A stretch of 63,959 nucleotides of DNA, counting the filler, from Craspedostauros australis (Eukaryota), in NCBI GenBank assembly GCA_030167865.1. It is 6 parts of 6 records of this genome, joined end to end, with 100 filler letters (N's around TTAATTAATTAA, not from the genome) between each part and the next. Parts side by side here need not be neighbours in the genome. Positions count along the whole stretch, not along the records: positions 24,014 to 43,680 come from JALAGF010006304.1; positions 43,781 to 49,073 come from JALAGF010006307.1; 4 more parts are not named here. One strand, 5' to 3'. Of the stretch, positions 34,832-49,173 are shown one piece after another. Each line of letters opens with the position of its first letter. Position 1 is the stretch's first letter. The translations under genes and the position numbers were made by a program. Below the pieces are notes generated by a model. It ran no database searches, was not told the DNA's origin, and saw only the letters and a program-made list of their open reading frames with translations.

Positions 34832-35327
34832 CCTTGCGTGTATGGTTTGTTTGTATTTGTGTTTTGCGTGTGTTGATACACTCTCTTGTATTGGAGTTGT
34901 GCGTGAGACAGAGATGGCACTCCTTCAGGTGAGATTTGTGTTCATGAGGTCTCCATCCAGGTTGCGTGTGGCGAATGTTGTGCCAGAGAGGCCTTCAACT
35001 CCTCTCGTTGTTGCGAACTTTGAAGCGAAGGATTTGACGGGAAAGGATCTCTGTGAGTCATGAATCTTCCGAAGACATCAATGATGTTCGTGAGCGGAAT
35101 GAAACGCAACTTGCACATGTTCGCGCCACGTTTCGTCACTCCCACAAGAAAGCGGGAAGAGAAGATGGAGGGACATCACCATAAATCTCATGCATCCGAG
35201 GTGACCACGATGGGGAAGAGCAAATCGCACATGTGCTGCGCTGCGCTGCAGACACAACATTGAGGCAGCAGCACAAAATGACAAGCGCAGTCATCAGCAT
35301 TGCCATCTCATTGAAGGCGACACAGAG

Positions 35328-35957
35328 ATGAAGATCCTTCACGGCTTGGCGATCAACGTCGCGTTGGTGATGCTGCTCGCAACACTGGTTTCCGTCTCCG
35401 CTGACATCAACGCGCAAGTTACAGGCGCAAACGAGGGAGATGCTGATATCGACGCAGACGAAGGTAGCCAGGGCGGTCTGCGAGCGAGGCTTCTCAGAGC
35501 GATTGCATCCAAACTATCCTTTGGCTTGAGTACCTTGATTGCGGCCGCAGCTGTTGGCTTCGCCTCCAAGGTCGTCTTCGACAAGACCGTCAAGAAGACT
35601 GTTGATACGACCTTGGATCGGACGGGGGAAATCGCCAAAGCCACCATCCTGCATAAGGAAGGTGCAAAGGAAGTCATTGGGGAGACTGTGCTGCAGAAGG
35701 ATAATGCCAAGGAAGTCATCAAGGACACCATCTTTCACAAGGATAACGCGAATGCCTTGGTAGAAAAGGTGGAGGGCGTGACCAAAGGCACTATCAAGAA
35801 GACGAAGGAAACAGTTGAGGTGCTTGAACACAAAACGGCAAAGATCAAAGACACACTGTACGACAAGCCCAAAGCCAAGGGCAAGAAGCTGTTGAAGAAA
35901 GGAGTCAAGGTTATTGGACCTTTGAAGGCGGGTCTCAAGAAAAAGAAGCGCCGTTGA
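35328..35957 (+). CDS. Hypothetical protein with signal peptide, second hydrophobic segment and Lys-rich tail (209 aa)
   Basis: MKILHGLAINVALVMLLATLVSVSA signal, FGLSTLIAAAAVGFA segment and three 14-aa repeats. Confidence 0.7.
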   Translation: MKILHGLAINVALVMLLATLVSVSADINAQVTGANEGDADIDADEGSQGGLRARLLRAIASKLSFGLSTLIAAAAVGFASKVVFDKTVKKTVDTTLDRTGEIAKATILHKEGAKEVIGETVLQKDNAKEVIKDTIFHKDNANALVEKVEGVTKGTIKKTKETVEVLEHKTAKIKDTLYDKPKAKGKKLLKKGVKVIGPLKAGLKKKKRR

Positions 35958-36236
35958 TAGATGAAGACGTGGCCACACACATGTTGACGTTATCGCTTGC
36001 GGCAGATCTTCTCTCTCTCTCTCTGGAGACAAAGTATTCTGGAGTATTGAAACAACCATTGACGCCAACATCACACGCAATGTGAATGTCTGTAGAGTAT
36101 GAGTACTGTAAGCGGCATGCTCGGACACGATGACACTCTCAAGATAGCCATATAATCCTCTAGCAATTTGTAAACTGATTCACAACAACGACACGACAAA
36201 CGAGCTCAGCGCTTTCGCTTCGCATGATCTCGGTAT

Positions 36237-39200
36237 TCAATATCCTGTCGTCCCAGTGTCGCCATCAGCGTGGATGGAGGAGACTGCTGTGATGCCGTCC
36301 TCGAGCTCATGCTGCCACTGCTGCAATTGCCGTTCCAGCGCGTCGCACTGCAGCATGCGCTTCTCCAACTTCTTCTTCTCCATTTCGAAGCTCGCATCCT
36401 TCTGCTGCAATCGCTGGGCCATTTCCTGGACTCGGGACTGCGCTTCCTGACATCTCTGCAGCTCTTCTTCGAGACGCTGCTCGTTCTGCCGCGCCTTCGT
36501 CTCCTTCTCTCGAAGCTGCTGCGCCAGCTTGCGGATTCTACTTTGCGCGTGCTTGATTTGCTTCGTCTCCGACGACATCCTCTGCTCCCTCCCGCGGACA
36601 TCATCCTCGATTCGTCGCAGGCTCACCTCCTTTTGCGTCAGCTCCGCCTCGCGTTCGTACACAGCCGCAGCGCTTTCCTCCATCAGTTTCCTCTCGTTTT
36701 GCAGCGTTTGATCCAGCACGTGCGACATGGTGTGATCCCTGCCACCGTTGTATCCCCGGAAGCTGGATCTTTCCTTCGACGCGCTCTCCAATTGCTTCTC
36801 TTTGGCGTCCAGCGCGTCGTTGCGAAGGTCCAAGTTCTTCTGCTTGTCGGACAGATTGCGTTCAAGTTCCTTCAGGCTGCCTCTGGCTTGATCAAACAGG
36901 GTGCGTTCGTTTTCCAACCGCTTCCGTTCGTCGTCCAATTCCTTCGCCCGAGCGTTCAGCTCCGTCTGCGCCTTCATCTGATTCTCGCTGGCCTCCGCTC
37001 GCTTGGCAAGCATCTTCTGCTCCTCCGCCTTCAATGCCGCGGCCTTCTCCTTCAGCATCTCCTCGCGCTTCTCGACGCTCGCTCTGCGATCCTTCAATGC
37101 AACTACGTGATCTTCGGACGCCTTCTCGAAGTCCATCTTCTTCTCCTCGAACGACAGCATCAGCTCCTCCAGCTTCTGCTTCGACACCATCTTGTCCTCG
37201 TCCAGTCGATTCGAACGCTTCTCAAGTTCGTCTTCCGTTCGCTTCAAGAATGATTCATGATCACTCCGCATCTTTTCCAAGGCCTGGTGCTGACTTTCGA
37301 CTGATGCCTTGTCTTGCTCCACCTTGACCTTCAGCTTGTTGCACTCATCTTCGCGAAGTTCCAACACCTGCGATCGTTCATCCAGCTGCTTTCGAATGTT
37401 GATGACTTCGTCACGCTGCACCTGCAGCTCGATCATCGAATCGCTGAGTTGACGGCGCTGCACTTGCATATTCTCTTCCTCTTCCGCGGCATTTTGAAAC
37501 ATGGTGGCACGGATCCATTTCGAAAAGGCCGCACTGACGGCTTCTCGATCCTGCCGCCATGGACGGCTCAAGGATCTGGCCAACGCCGCCTGACGGAGGC
37601 GCAATGTGAATGCTTCCGAATCCTTGGCCAACGCCTCGCGCTCTTCGTGCAGTGCCTCTTGTTCCGCAGTCACGAACCCATCGTGCTCCTCGCGATCTGT
37701 CTCCAATTGGGTCTGAAGAGCTCGGCTTTTGGCTTCCAATTCCTCTTGGCACACACGCCGTTGCTCCGCAACATCTGACTCACAGTGTTGTCTCATTTCT
37801 GCCATTTCCAATTCGCACGCGCGCTTCTGCTCGGCAATCTCCGATTCGCAACGGCGCTGCTGGTCGTCAATTTCCCGCTCGCATGCTTCCTTGAGATCCT
37901 GCAGCTCCTTTTCCAGCTTCGCCTTCGCTAATTCCAGCTGCTGTTTCTGTTCGTTGGTCTCTGTTTCGAGCTGCTGCTTCTGTTCCTTCACCCCACGTTC
38001 CATGAATTGCCGCTGGTCTCCCAAACGCCGTTCCTGCTCTTCCCGTTGCCGTTGCATCTCCCCTCTTGCAGCCACGCGTTCAGCCTCCAGCGTTTCCTCC
38101 ATGTCCGCACGCCTGCGGGTCAGCTCTTCTTGCAGCCCCTTGCGTTTGTCTGCCACCAGCTTGTCGACTGCGCCACGTTTTTCGCGTATCTCTGTATCCA
38201 ACTCTTGTCGTTTCTTTTGGCATTCTGTGTCGACGGTGAGCTGCTGGCGTTGCAAGTACTGCTCTACCTCTTCCTTGACACGCTGGCGTTGCTCGGAGAC
38301 TTCCGCTGCAAGTTCCTGTTTGCGTTGCGCGACTTCCTTCTGCAGCGCCAGCCTTCTGGACGATAGCTCTTGCTCCGCAGCATCCTGTCGTTGCGACAAC
38401 TGCGTCGTGGTCTCCTGCGTGCGGCGCATAATGTCCGCCTCCGTCGTTTCCTGCAACGTTCGAAGCTTGGCATCCAGTGCCCGTTTGCGTTCTTCGGCGC
38501 GTGATTCTGCTTCCTTTCGCATCTGAACAAGCTGCGTTTCCAATTCTGTCCTGCGGGCCGTTGCGGTCGTTTCCCATTCCTCTTTCATCGCTGAGAATTC
38601 GTGTTCCTATCAATATCGCGAGAGAGCATATGCGGACAGGAGTGTGGCGTAGCACATGAGTGTGTGAGTACGGCAGTGCATAGCAGCATACCATGAGGTT
38701 CTGATTCCAACTTGCAGACCATCCATGGATCCATTTCTGCATCCATACACCCATGCACGAAGCACCAAATAGCGCAAAGACACAAACAAACGACTCACCG
38801 CCGCAATCAAGTCGCTCAATCTGCGTTCCAAATCCTCGCTCGATTCCCGGATACGTTGCTCTCTCTGTTCCAGCCGTTTGCGCTTGTCTTGCAAGTCCGT
38901 GTTTGTGAGTCGCAACGAGTGAATCTGCTGTTGCAGGTGGTGGTTCTCCTTGTTGAGATCGGCGTTGGTGGATTCGATGGTTTGTTTTTCCTTGCGAAGT
39001 TGCAGCAGCTTGGCGCTGAGGGATTCAATTTCTTGCTCCAAATGAGATCGCTCCATCTCGATCGTTGCCATGCGCGATGACACATCCTGAATCTCATCCT
39101 TGTGCTGGGATTGCAACCGCTGTATCGATTCTTGATGCTTGTTGGAAAGGAGCTGGATTTCATTCTTGTGGAACGCCCGTTCATTCGCAATCTGCTGCCC

Positions 39201-41690
39201 AAGCTGGTCCGTCTCGGTTTCCAAATCTCTCACGCGGTTCTTGTACTGCGCCTCGGAGCTATCCAACCGCCCGATGATCTGATCCATCTGCTTGCGCTTC
39301 TGCGCGTAATCCAAAATATCCTTTTCGAGCTGCGCCTTGTCCTTGCTGTACTTGTCCGTCGCCGATTTCAACTTGGTGCGCATCTGATCGAGCTGCTCCA
39401 GGCGTTTGTCGTACTCATTGGCCACTCCTTCGTTCTGTTTGTTCATGAACTGCGCGATGGACAGCAATTCGCGTTTGGCACGTTTGATCTCATCATCGAC
39501 CTTGGCTTTGGATTCATGCCGCATCTTCTCCATCTCCTTCTGCTCCTGCGCCATGCGCTCCTGCTTGGATCGTTCCCATTGGACTTCGTCATCCTTCATG
39601 GACACGAGCAGCGCGTTGCGTTCCTTGCGTTGCTCCACGATGATTTCTTCGTCGATCAACATGTCATTGCGGATCGATTCCATCTTCTTGGACAGTTCCT
39701 CCAATTTTGCGACATCCTCCTTGGCACGTTCTTCCGAAGCCTGCCGTGTCTCTTGTTCTTCCTTCGTCAGCGCCGCAACTCGTGCTTGCACGTTCTTCAG
39801 CTCCTCCTTCTGCTTGACAGTCTCCGCCTTCACTTTGGCAAATTCTGCCTGGCTGGTGGATAGGTTGGACTTGAGAGCTTGCTTGACCGTCTTGGTATCG
39901 GCGCGCGTGCGTTGGGCCTGCGCCTCGATTTCTTGCAGATTCTTCTGCGCGACTTCCAACCGCTCCTCTTCGGCCGTGCGCCTTTCCGTGATTTCTTCGA
40001 GCGCCTGTTCCATGAGGACCTGCTGCGCCTGCAACGACTGCTTCTGATGTTCCAGTTCGCGCGCCTGATCCTGGATGGTGGCATCCATGGTTTGCAACTG
40101 CCGCATCTGCTTTTGCTGCGCCACGTGATTCTCGGCGAACTCCGCGCTGCGCTCGTCCAACGAGGATTGCTGCTGCTGCAAGCGTTCTTGCCATTCCGCC
40201 AGCTGACGTTGCTTCGACGTCGACTGTTCATGTTCCGACTGCAACGAGCGTTGCAATTCGGTCAGCTCGGTTTGTTTGCGTTCCACTTGCTGCTGCGCAT
40301 CCTCCAACGACAGCCTCTGCTGGTCCAGCTCGTCTCGTTCCTGCTGCTGTTTCTGTTCCCACTCCTGCACCTGAGTTTGCTGGACCTGCCACCATTGCTG
40401 CTGCAGCTCCTGCAACCGCGTGCGTTCCGATGCCACGTTGTGCGCGGCCTTCGTTGTCTGCTGAAAGTTGATCTCCTGATCTTTGAGCTGCTGTTCGAGC
40501 TGTTGGTTGCGTTCCTCCAACGCTGCCGAGGTGGCTTCCTGCGACGTGGCCTTTTGCTGCAGAGTGTGTTTCTCCCGCTGTATCTTGGTGAGCTCACTTT
40601 GGCAGGATTGATGCTGTTGCTGCAACGCATTATGCTCGGTCTCGACCTCATCCAATCGTTGCTGTGTGGATTGTAGTGTGGTTTGCAGAGACTGCACGAG
40701 TTGCGATAATTGCTGCTGATATGCCGAGGAATGCGAGACTGCTTGTTGCTGGTGACTTGTGTTGAGGCTTCCATTCCCATTGCCATTTGTGTTGCCATGA
40801 GCGTTGCTGCTGTTGATGTGATCGTTTTGGCTGTGCCCGTTGCTTTGTCGAAAGACATGCGACTGCTGCTGCGTTTGACGTCGCAGTTGCTGATAGCTGC
40901 CAGAGCGACCGTTCATGTTGTGAGTTCCGGGATTGCTGGATGTGTTGGACACGCGCCGCGATGCTTCATTGAGATGAGGTGGCCGATCCATCGTCATTGA
41001 CGACGATGGTGGCATGCGTATCGGTGCACCACCACCGCCGCCATTCTTGGGTGGCCTCGATCGCTTCTGCTGCATTGGTGCGTGCTGCGAATTGTTGATT
41101 GTGGAATGCGATATTGTGGCGTTCCGTCGATTGCCGCCGTTGTCCATGGTGTCAGTGTTGCTGTGGCCATGTCCATGACCTCGATTATGGCCGTGGCTGT
41201 GATTGTGGATGCCATTGGGATGTGCAGATGAAGATGCTCGTTTCGACATGGCAATGCGAGACGGTGAATCTTCTTCTGGATCTTCCGGCGGCGTGAGCTG
41301 TGACATGGTATCCTGCGGCGAAATGTGCGACAAGTTCAGTGGTTGCATCGGTGGACTTGGCGGAGTGTGGCGCGTGGGATAGTCGTACTCATACGACGGC
41401 TGCTGCTGATGCTGCTGCCGCCGCGACGCTGAGTTCGATCTTGGCGTTGTGCGCACAGATGAGACTCCATGGCGTTGCTGGTTGGATCCTGGCTTGCTCG
41501 ACCGTGCATTCCACCCGCCGTCTTGCGCCTGCTGGCTTCGTCGCAGCGAGTTGGAGACGTCGTACGGCTGTTGGTTGGCATCATCGGCGTCGTCGTTGCC
41601 TCGTGCACCTGATGCGTCACGTCGGAAACCGAATGGATCATTGGTCGATCGTCGGCTGCGATACGAGCCATCCATGCCAGACGGCTGCAT
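36237..41690 (-). CDS. Very large coiled-coil protein (~1750 aa), 2 exons (41690-38799, 38606-36237)
   Basis: Two long E/Q/K/R heptad-rich ORFs joined in phase 0 by intron GTGAGT(38798)..TAG(38607). Disordered N-terminal ~320 aa. Confidence 0.85.
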
Positions 41691-42944
41691 CTTTGGTGAG
41701 ATGAACCGCAGTGCTGCGCCGCTATCACTGTCACTACTTCCCGTGTTGTCGAATGCAGTTCCCCGTTCCCCAACTTCTTCCTGCTGCGACGTGAATGCGT
41801 GGGCGGTGGATCCCCAGGTGCACTCAACGTAGAATTGACCAGACCACCAGCAGGTACTTGTACTATTAGTATTCTATTATAATACATCACAGAACGACGA
41901 CCATCACCAGAGACACGCGAACAGTTGCGACAGCGGTTGCCGATGGGTTTTCGCCATGGTGACTTCATTTTTCTGGGCGTTTTGAATTTCACTCAACGGA
42001 AGTTCAAATTATTCTGATCCCGCGAGTCGGCTGTGACAAACTTGGTCAATCGAGTCAACCGTTTCTATCGTTCGTCGTTAGACTGTCCACTCAACCTAGC
42101 TACTAACTTTTGTGTTTTGTTGATGTAGGACCCCATTCAGGATACAAAGGTATTATCGTGCCGATTTTTAATTTGAGGACCTCGTTCATCCTATAATTAT
42201 GTAAAGAGTATATGCGTGAAGTAACACGCTCCTGATCCTTGTATTTAAAAAGTTTATATTGTTCGCATTAGTCTATTTCTACACACGTTGGGCATGCGGA
42301 CGTCAACGTGCAATTGGGGTTGGAAACTCCAGTCGTGCTTCGATTTTGTTATCCAGTCGTGCCTATCATCGACACAATCACATTTCGCGTTGGTGAGGTG
42401 GTTGGTTTCGAAGAAATGTTGAGGATTGCGTGGCAGCGGTAGGCATGCCAAGGATGCTGATTCATCTGGGCCATGGATCAGTTGTCAAAATTCAGAGTTG
42501 TGGGTTAGTGGGTAATCCAGATCTTGACCCCCAGCTTGACTTTCACACTGTCTTGTTCTCGGTTCTAGCGTCGTTCGTGGTCCGTGACGCTGAGCTTTGT
42601 CCATGTCCCAATCAGCACACACTGCCTTCCCTCCATATGCCTACTCTTTATTGCGGCCTTGTCCTCATTTCAGATCTATTCTCTGTTTGTTCCTTTGGCC
42701 CTCCTCTCTGCTCGTCGTTGCCAACAGCCATCTCTGGCTGCTGGCTGTTGTTCATCTGCTCTCCTCTCGGCTTGTTATTTTGGTGTCAATGAATCTGGAA
42801 GCANNNNNNNNNNNNNNNNNNNNNNNNNNNNNNNNNNNNNNNNNNNNNNNNNNNNNNNNNNNNNNNNNNNNNNNNNNNNNNNNNNNNNNNNNNNNNNNNN
42901 NNNNNNNNNNNNNNNNNNNNNNNNNNNNNNNNNNNNNNNNNNNN

Positions 42945-43075
42945 CTTTCCGCACCATGCCAACAGCTCAGCAGATGACCTCGGCATCCCCTGTCCAATGG
43001 GAGCAAAGCAGGTTGCGCAAGGCTTTGTATTAACACACTAAGCTTAGTGTGAAATAATGCTATATTTTGCCTACT
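42945..43075. repeat. Dispersed repeat (copy 2)
   Basis: Aligns with ~228-350. Confidence 0.75.
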
Positions 43076-43680
43076 AAAGAATGTCCCATGGCTCTTCCAC
43101 AGTTGATGACGTATGTAGGACCAGCACAAAAATTCTCACGTAGAACCTGTAGAATCAGTACTAGAACAAAATCTTTGACAATGGTGCGCACAGGCGCATA
43201 AAACGGCTCTGGCAAAGTCAACCAGAGTGCTCGATGGATGCTGACCATGGCACAAGGATGTCCAGGACAAGGAGGCCGAGGTGGCAAGCGACTCTCCAGG
43301 CAACAAGACGCCAAAAAAGCAACCCACTGAAAACAAGAACCATTGGACTTGGAGTCATCAGCACAAGAGAAGTTGGGGTGACATCCTCCGCAAGAGGAAT
43401 CTGATGACATGGGGCTTGGAACCTTTCCAAGCTGCATCTGGGAAGGAGGGCGCACTTGATGAGCCCATTGCTTTCATGAAGGAGATGAGGGACGATCTGG
43501 CAGACAGGGCATCCTTCGAACAGTGGAAGCAGCTGTTCAGCGACGCGTACGACAACAAACTAACTGCAGAATCCAACCTGCTGATGGTGCAAATCATGGT
43601 GCGACTGTTGGCAACGTCCAACATCTTCTCCTCTTCAATGTGGAAAGTGGACAGATCCTATCCACACATGTGACAGCTGC

Positions 43681-43780
43681 NNNNNNNNNNNNNNNNNNNN
43701 NNNNNNNNNNNNNNNNNNNNNNNNTTAATTAATTAANNNNNNNNNNNNNNNNNNNNNNNNNNNNNNNNNNNNNNNNNNNN
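43681..43780. other. Artificial 100-bp linker
   Basis: N44-TTAATTAATTAA-N44. Confidence 0.95.
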
Positions 43781-46700
43781 ATTTCTGATCATGTGTCGGC
43801 GAGAGGTGTTCTCCACGATAGTGTTTGAATTTTCAGTGACCAATCATTTCTTCTCGATGTCGTACATTATCTTCACGAAAGAGGGACAGACCTTGTATTT
43901 GGCAGTGAATACCAGCAGCGGTTGGGATCTTGGTGGGAGAGAGTCCAACTCGTGATCCTGTTGTGTTGGGTGCAATCTCTCCAAGTTCGCCAACCTCTAT
44001 CGCACCCACACACCACAAGCTACGATTCCAACAACAACAACAACAACAACAATCTAACCACAAAAGCAGCTCCTGAAGAATCTGTGTTGTGACCGCCAGT
44101 TGTCATGATCGGAGATCGTTCCATGAAAGCAATTGAAAGCACAACCGGCATCCATTACTGAATTCATCGTTGGGGGCAACACGCATCTTGCACACTCAAA
44201 ATTTGTCACTCTGCCTGGGAAACCTTTGACCGCGCGAGATATTTGTGCTCCGCGCGCACAACACTTGTGATGTTGACATCTGTTGAAGGACCACTTTCGA
44301 TTCGCATTGTCCACATTGCGTGCAATGATTGGTGCAAAAAAGGAGTCCATCCGGTCAAGGGTCGTGACATGTTGGTGATTCCTTCAGTCTCTCTTGGGTC
44401 ATTCATCCAAGGACTGTCGGATGAAGGATCAGGCGCGTGCTGCCAGGATCGAGCAGTGTTTGCAGATCGAGATGGTGGCGCTCAAGTATCAGATTGGTGT
44501 TGCCCCTGGCATCTGGCCTAGCACGAGTATCCATTTGGTTTTCATTCTTTCCATGCTTTGTGACCGACGGCGAAGGTATGAGCTTGACACTCGACTTGAT
44601 TGCAGCGGACAATGATGATGGCAATAGTAGTATTAATGACATGAAAGTTGCTGGATGGTCCAAGTGTTGAGGGTTCACACACAGCAGTATAGCATGATGC
44701 ATGCCATGCAACAGAGATGAAGAACAACTCCAACGCAATACGCACCATGTGATGTCAGAGTCTGAGCCACAAATGCAATGTTCCCATACACGCACAATGC
44801 CATCACTGATGCACTTACCTGGTGCAGGGCACCCCATCTTCTGCATGCTTTTTGCAATCCTCCCCTCGACCCTCTGCCAGTGTCGCCTTGCGCATGGCCA
44901 GAGTAGGAAGGCATAATATGGCCAAGGCCCAAGCTCCAACTACGTGGCAACCCTTTTGTGTACGTCGCTGCTGCATATTCTGGTGTATGCAGAGCCTGAC
45001 ATGACTGTTTCCACGACTGTACTGAATGCTGATCGCTGGATGCACTAAAACACTGCCATTGGCACGTGTGTAGAGGCAGAATCTTTGCCCAGTCGCCAAC
45101 AGCCAAGCTCTCGCAACCTGGGCACATTCCATGCAGACATATAGATGCGGCGCATCGCTAGTCCCATGCATTGTTGCCTCCTCCTCATGCTCGTAGCCTG
45201 CGTCGCAACACATCTCACCTATTCTAGTCATTCAACGCTGCCAACACGGATACCCTGGGCGGTCAAAGCGCTCTCGTGGTATGATTGTTGCTCGTTGCAT
45301 GTGACCGTTGCCAAGTTTCTGCCAAGTATTTGAACGGATTGACTGATGACAATTGTGAGCCAAAAGAATCGATTCTGATGGTGCAGAGGCCGTCAGCAAT
45401 GAACCGCGACCGTGCTCATGACATAACATTTCACTGTTGCCATTGCCCTCGTCATGGCGCATTCGACGTGTTCCATTCTCCAATGATGCAGGTTGGGCAC
45501 GAAGCCCGACGCGCAGATTCGCATCAGCAATCTGGCCACCACACATGTGCGAATGAGCCTGGCTGTGATGTGTTTTCCTCAACTCTCGTGTTGGTTGTAC
45601 TGCATCTTCTTTCAGCTGTCTATCACCGTGGCAAACTCCTCACACAATGGACACCACAGCTGGTGCTTGAGCTTTGTTCTCCTGATGAGGTGGGGTCAGA
45701 GTTTAATAGAGATGGAGGGATTCACAATGACTGATGCGAGGATAGACTCGAACAGCAGTTGCAAATCTCGCCGTATTCGCTTGTAGGATGGCCAGTCAAT
45801 CATGAGAGCCTTCATTTCCGTTCGGTGCGCTTACACCAACTACCTTGGCCCCATGTGTTCATCCGCATCCTTGGGGGCATTGCCTGTGCTTTCTTTGTGG
45901 GCTACTGCCTGTACTTTTCTTGTCCCCACTTCCTCTTCCACGTTCTTCATGATCTTTGCTTTCAGCTTATTAGCACACCGCTTTATTCACCTGATACATT
46001 TTCTGATTAGTCCGTCCTGGTATATGCTGAAACGTCTTTTCCTCCAGACACATGTTTATTGGCATAAGGGACACACTAGAGAACATCAGAGATTCGGTCT
46101 GGCCACCACCTGGCAATCATGTGACACCAAGTTTAACTTGATCTACTTCCCAACTAAACCTGAAGTGACACCACCTTCAACAACCTCAAGATTCATCATG
46201 GAATGTGGAATCGACAGAGCCATGGAATGGTGATTAGTGACGTCGATACAGGAGACGTCATTGCCACATCATGGGTCATCTCCACATCAGAACAAGATGG
46301 CAAAGATGCATGACCAAGAGCTGTCCTTAAACACAGCAACATGAGATACAACTCAATGAAGATAACATAGATTCAGAAGTCACTCTACCCAATCAGTGCC
46401 TTTGTTACACCAGCTCATCACCACCTTCCTGAAAGACTTGATCTCTCTTGACGGATTTGTGTGATTTCGCTGTGTACAATAACAGGATAACACAGCTCCT
46501 TCACAGGCTGTTCTGACTCTTGAAGGTGGACAGAGGTGTTCGGATGCTCTCGCACATGTGTGTGGATGGTCTTGCTGGACTTGTGAACACAACCACAGAT
46601 GACCCGTCCGGATCCTTCAAGATGGTATGTAACATTTTTGGAATTCACTCTGTGTTGATTGTTGTTGCTGAGCCGAGGCTGCTTCATCTGGAAGGAGAAA

Positions 46701-48784
46701 AAGTTCAAAGAGGATAGGCTTGTTAGGCTTGGTGCATTGAAGATGGTGCTGGACAAGGGGCAAAGGAGGGAGGATTCGAATTCATCTTCCATGCTGCAAC
46801 CATTGAGGTTGGGATCAGCAGGGAAGATGTGAGCTGATGCATCCTGGCAGTTCACATGGAAGATGGCATGACCAGGGGTCTGTGTGGAATGGAATAACAC
46901 TGTCCCTGATAGTTTATCATTGTGCACCTGGGACGGAAAGTCGTTGCACAAGTCGCTGTTCAAGGAAATCGCCTCCTTGGCAATGATAGGCGTCTGCATT
47001 CGTTCCCTGCCACAACCTTGTGGAAAATTCTACTGACATATGCCAATGAGCATCGCGGACAGTGCCAACGTTCTGATTGCCCATGGACCAATTTCAAAGG
47101 TTGTACATGGGGGGGGGGNNNNNNNNNNNNNNNNNNNNNNNNNNNNNNNNNNNNNNNNNNNNNNNNNNNNNNATGTTGGCTGTGGAGGCTGGGACCCAGT
47201 TCGCTCAAATCCAGCCAACTTGGTGTTGCAAGCCAGTTCAAAGCCGTTTCGATTGGAACTCCTTCCTTGTGGTTGTTGGAATCATGATGATATCACCAGT
47301 TGCAGGAGTATTAAACCTTGTTTTGACATCTGGTGTCCTGAGTGTATATTGTGCATGGCCACTGGCCGCTGCTGTAATAATGGTGGCAGGATGAGGAGGT
47401 GTGGCTGCAAGGAACCTTGCAGAATGCCTCCTGCCTCCTCTTCTTGTTCCCGTTCTGCTGCTGCTGGAGTTGGCACGCCCTCTGTTGCGGATCGAATTGG
47501 TACTGCTGATCCTGATGCAATTAAGGATCCTGGTGCAGCCAAAGATATCAGGATTTGTACCAACAATGGCACACAGTTCTTGCCGGAACCTGTCTTCTGT
47601 TGACACCAATGGCACAATAGCCAGCAACTCTCTCCAATTTTGTACAGACTGCACAAAAGGGCGCATGGTTGATGTCTTGGCATGCTCTTCACAACAGGAG
47701 TAGATGAGATGATGCTGCTACTGCTGCTACTCAATCCTATTGGTTCTTCTCCAGCAACCTCCACTGTTCTGATGTTTGTGCATGTTCCAAGGATGTTGGT
47801 GGCTGGAAGCTTTGGATTCAGTCGTCATGATGGCCATGTTGTCTCTTGTGGCCACCTGCTTGCCTGCTGATGGTTGGATGGTTGGATGGATGGAGGGATA
47901 GACAACGCCATATATTCGTGTATCGTGCAAGCCCACATGGGATGCTGTGAAAAGCATGGACCCGGCCTGGTAGAAGTATGACGGGTCTGTACATGTATGG
48001 GAGAGCAGAATTAATGTGAGGTGCGTCTGTGGATGGATCTTTTCCTAGAGTATACCATGCTCAGCACCAACATTGCAATACGTTGGCAGCGTATGCCAAG
48101 TTGAATACTTCCACGGGTGCATGGAAAAGTTGGTGGATGGATGGGCCAGCCCATGTGATAATGCTGGAATAGACTGTATTCCATGTCGAAGGCAAGGATG
48201 GCAACAGTCGAGAAAAACTGTCACACTCAACGCACCCTCCCACAGATCACCAGATGCAAAACGTTGAACGGATCATCCGATGTGACCACAGCAGCCAAAA
48301 AAGCTGTCGCGGCTAGTAGCAGTCCGCCCTTGACTTGGCTTCCCCTGCAAAACCAGGTACGAAACACTCTTTGGCTGATCTGCACCAACACTGGTTGTCC
48401 GATTCTCAGCAGAATGGTTTGACAGTAGAGCACATTTTCGTGTTGTTTGTGTCTGCTCGATCCCTCAAAATGACTAATTCAACGTCTGTCCCACCACCAG
48501 GATCAGAAGCACCAAAACGTGNNNNNNNNNNNNNNNNNNNNNNNNNNNNNNNNNNNNNNNNNNNNNNNNNNTGTGTCTGCTCGATCCCTCAAAATGACTA
48601 ATTCAACGTCTGTCCCACCACCAGGATCAGAAGCACCAAAACGTGCTCTGACGCCGGATCACCATGGAATTGGAAAAAATGTGGTCATTTGGTACCTTCT
48701 TTCAGCCCAAATCGTGTTGCGATTTGCACAATGATGGCTGCCACAACAGGAAAGGTCAAAATCAACCAACAAGCACTGAAACAC

Positions 48785-49073
48785 AACAAAGGAAACAACA
48801 CTGCCGCCACCAGTNTCTTTCCGCGTCGTGCCATCAGNTCAGCAAGGGGAGAGATGCAGGTTGCGCAGGACTTTGTATGTACAAACTAAGCTTAACATTA
48901 AATAGTATAATATCATACAATATTTTGCATACCACAGGATAAGCCACTGTGATCCATTACATTATAGAATACTGTGTTGTGTGGTATTCGCAAGTGTTGC
49001 TGTTGCTGTGAACATGGACGTGCAGGAACGCTGCCACCAACGCTGTGCTGTTTGACACAACACACACACAAAC
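48785..49073. repeat. Dispersed repeat (copy 3, diverged)
   Basis: Aligns with ~200-485 with internal deletions. Confidence 0.65.
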
Positions 49074-49173
49074 NNNNNNNNNNNNNNNNNNNNNNNNNNN
49101 NNNNNNNNNNNNNNNNNTTAATTAATTAANNNNNNNNNNNNNNNNNNNNNNNNNNNNNNNNNNNNNNNNNNNN
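49074..49173. other. Artificial 100-bp linker
   Basis: N44-TTAATTAATTAA-N44. Confidence 0.95.

Noticed and set aside
43781..48520. Many short ORFs possibly from a decayed element
   Set aside because: I could not recognise any domain motif, so they are left uncalled; probably degenerate repeat DNA.
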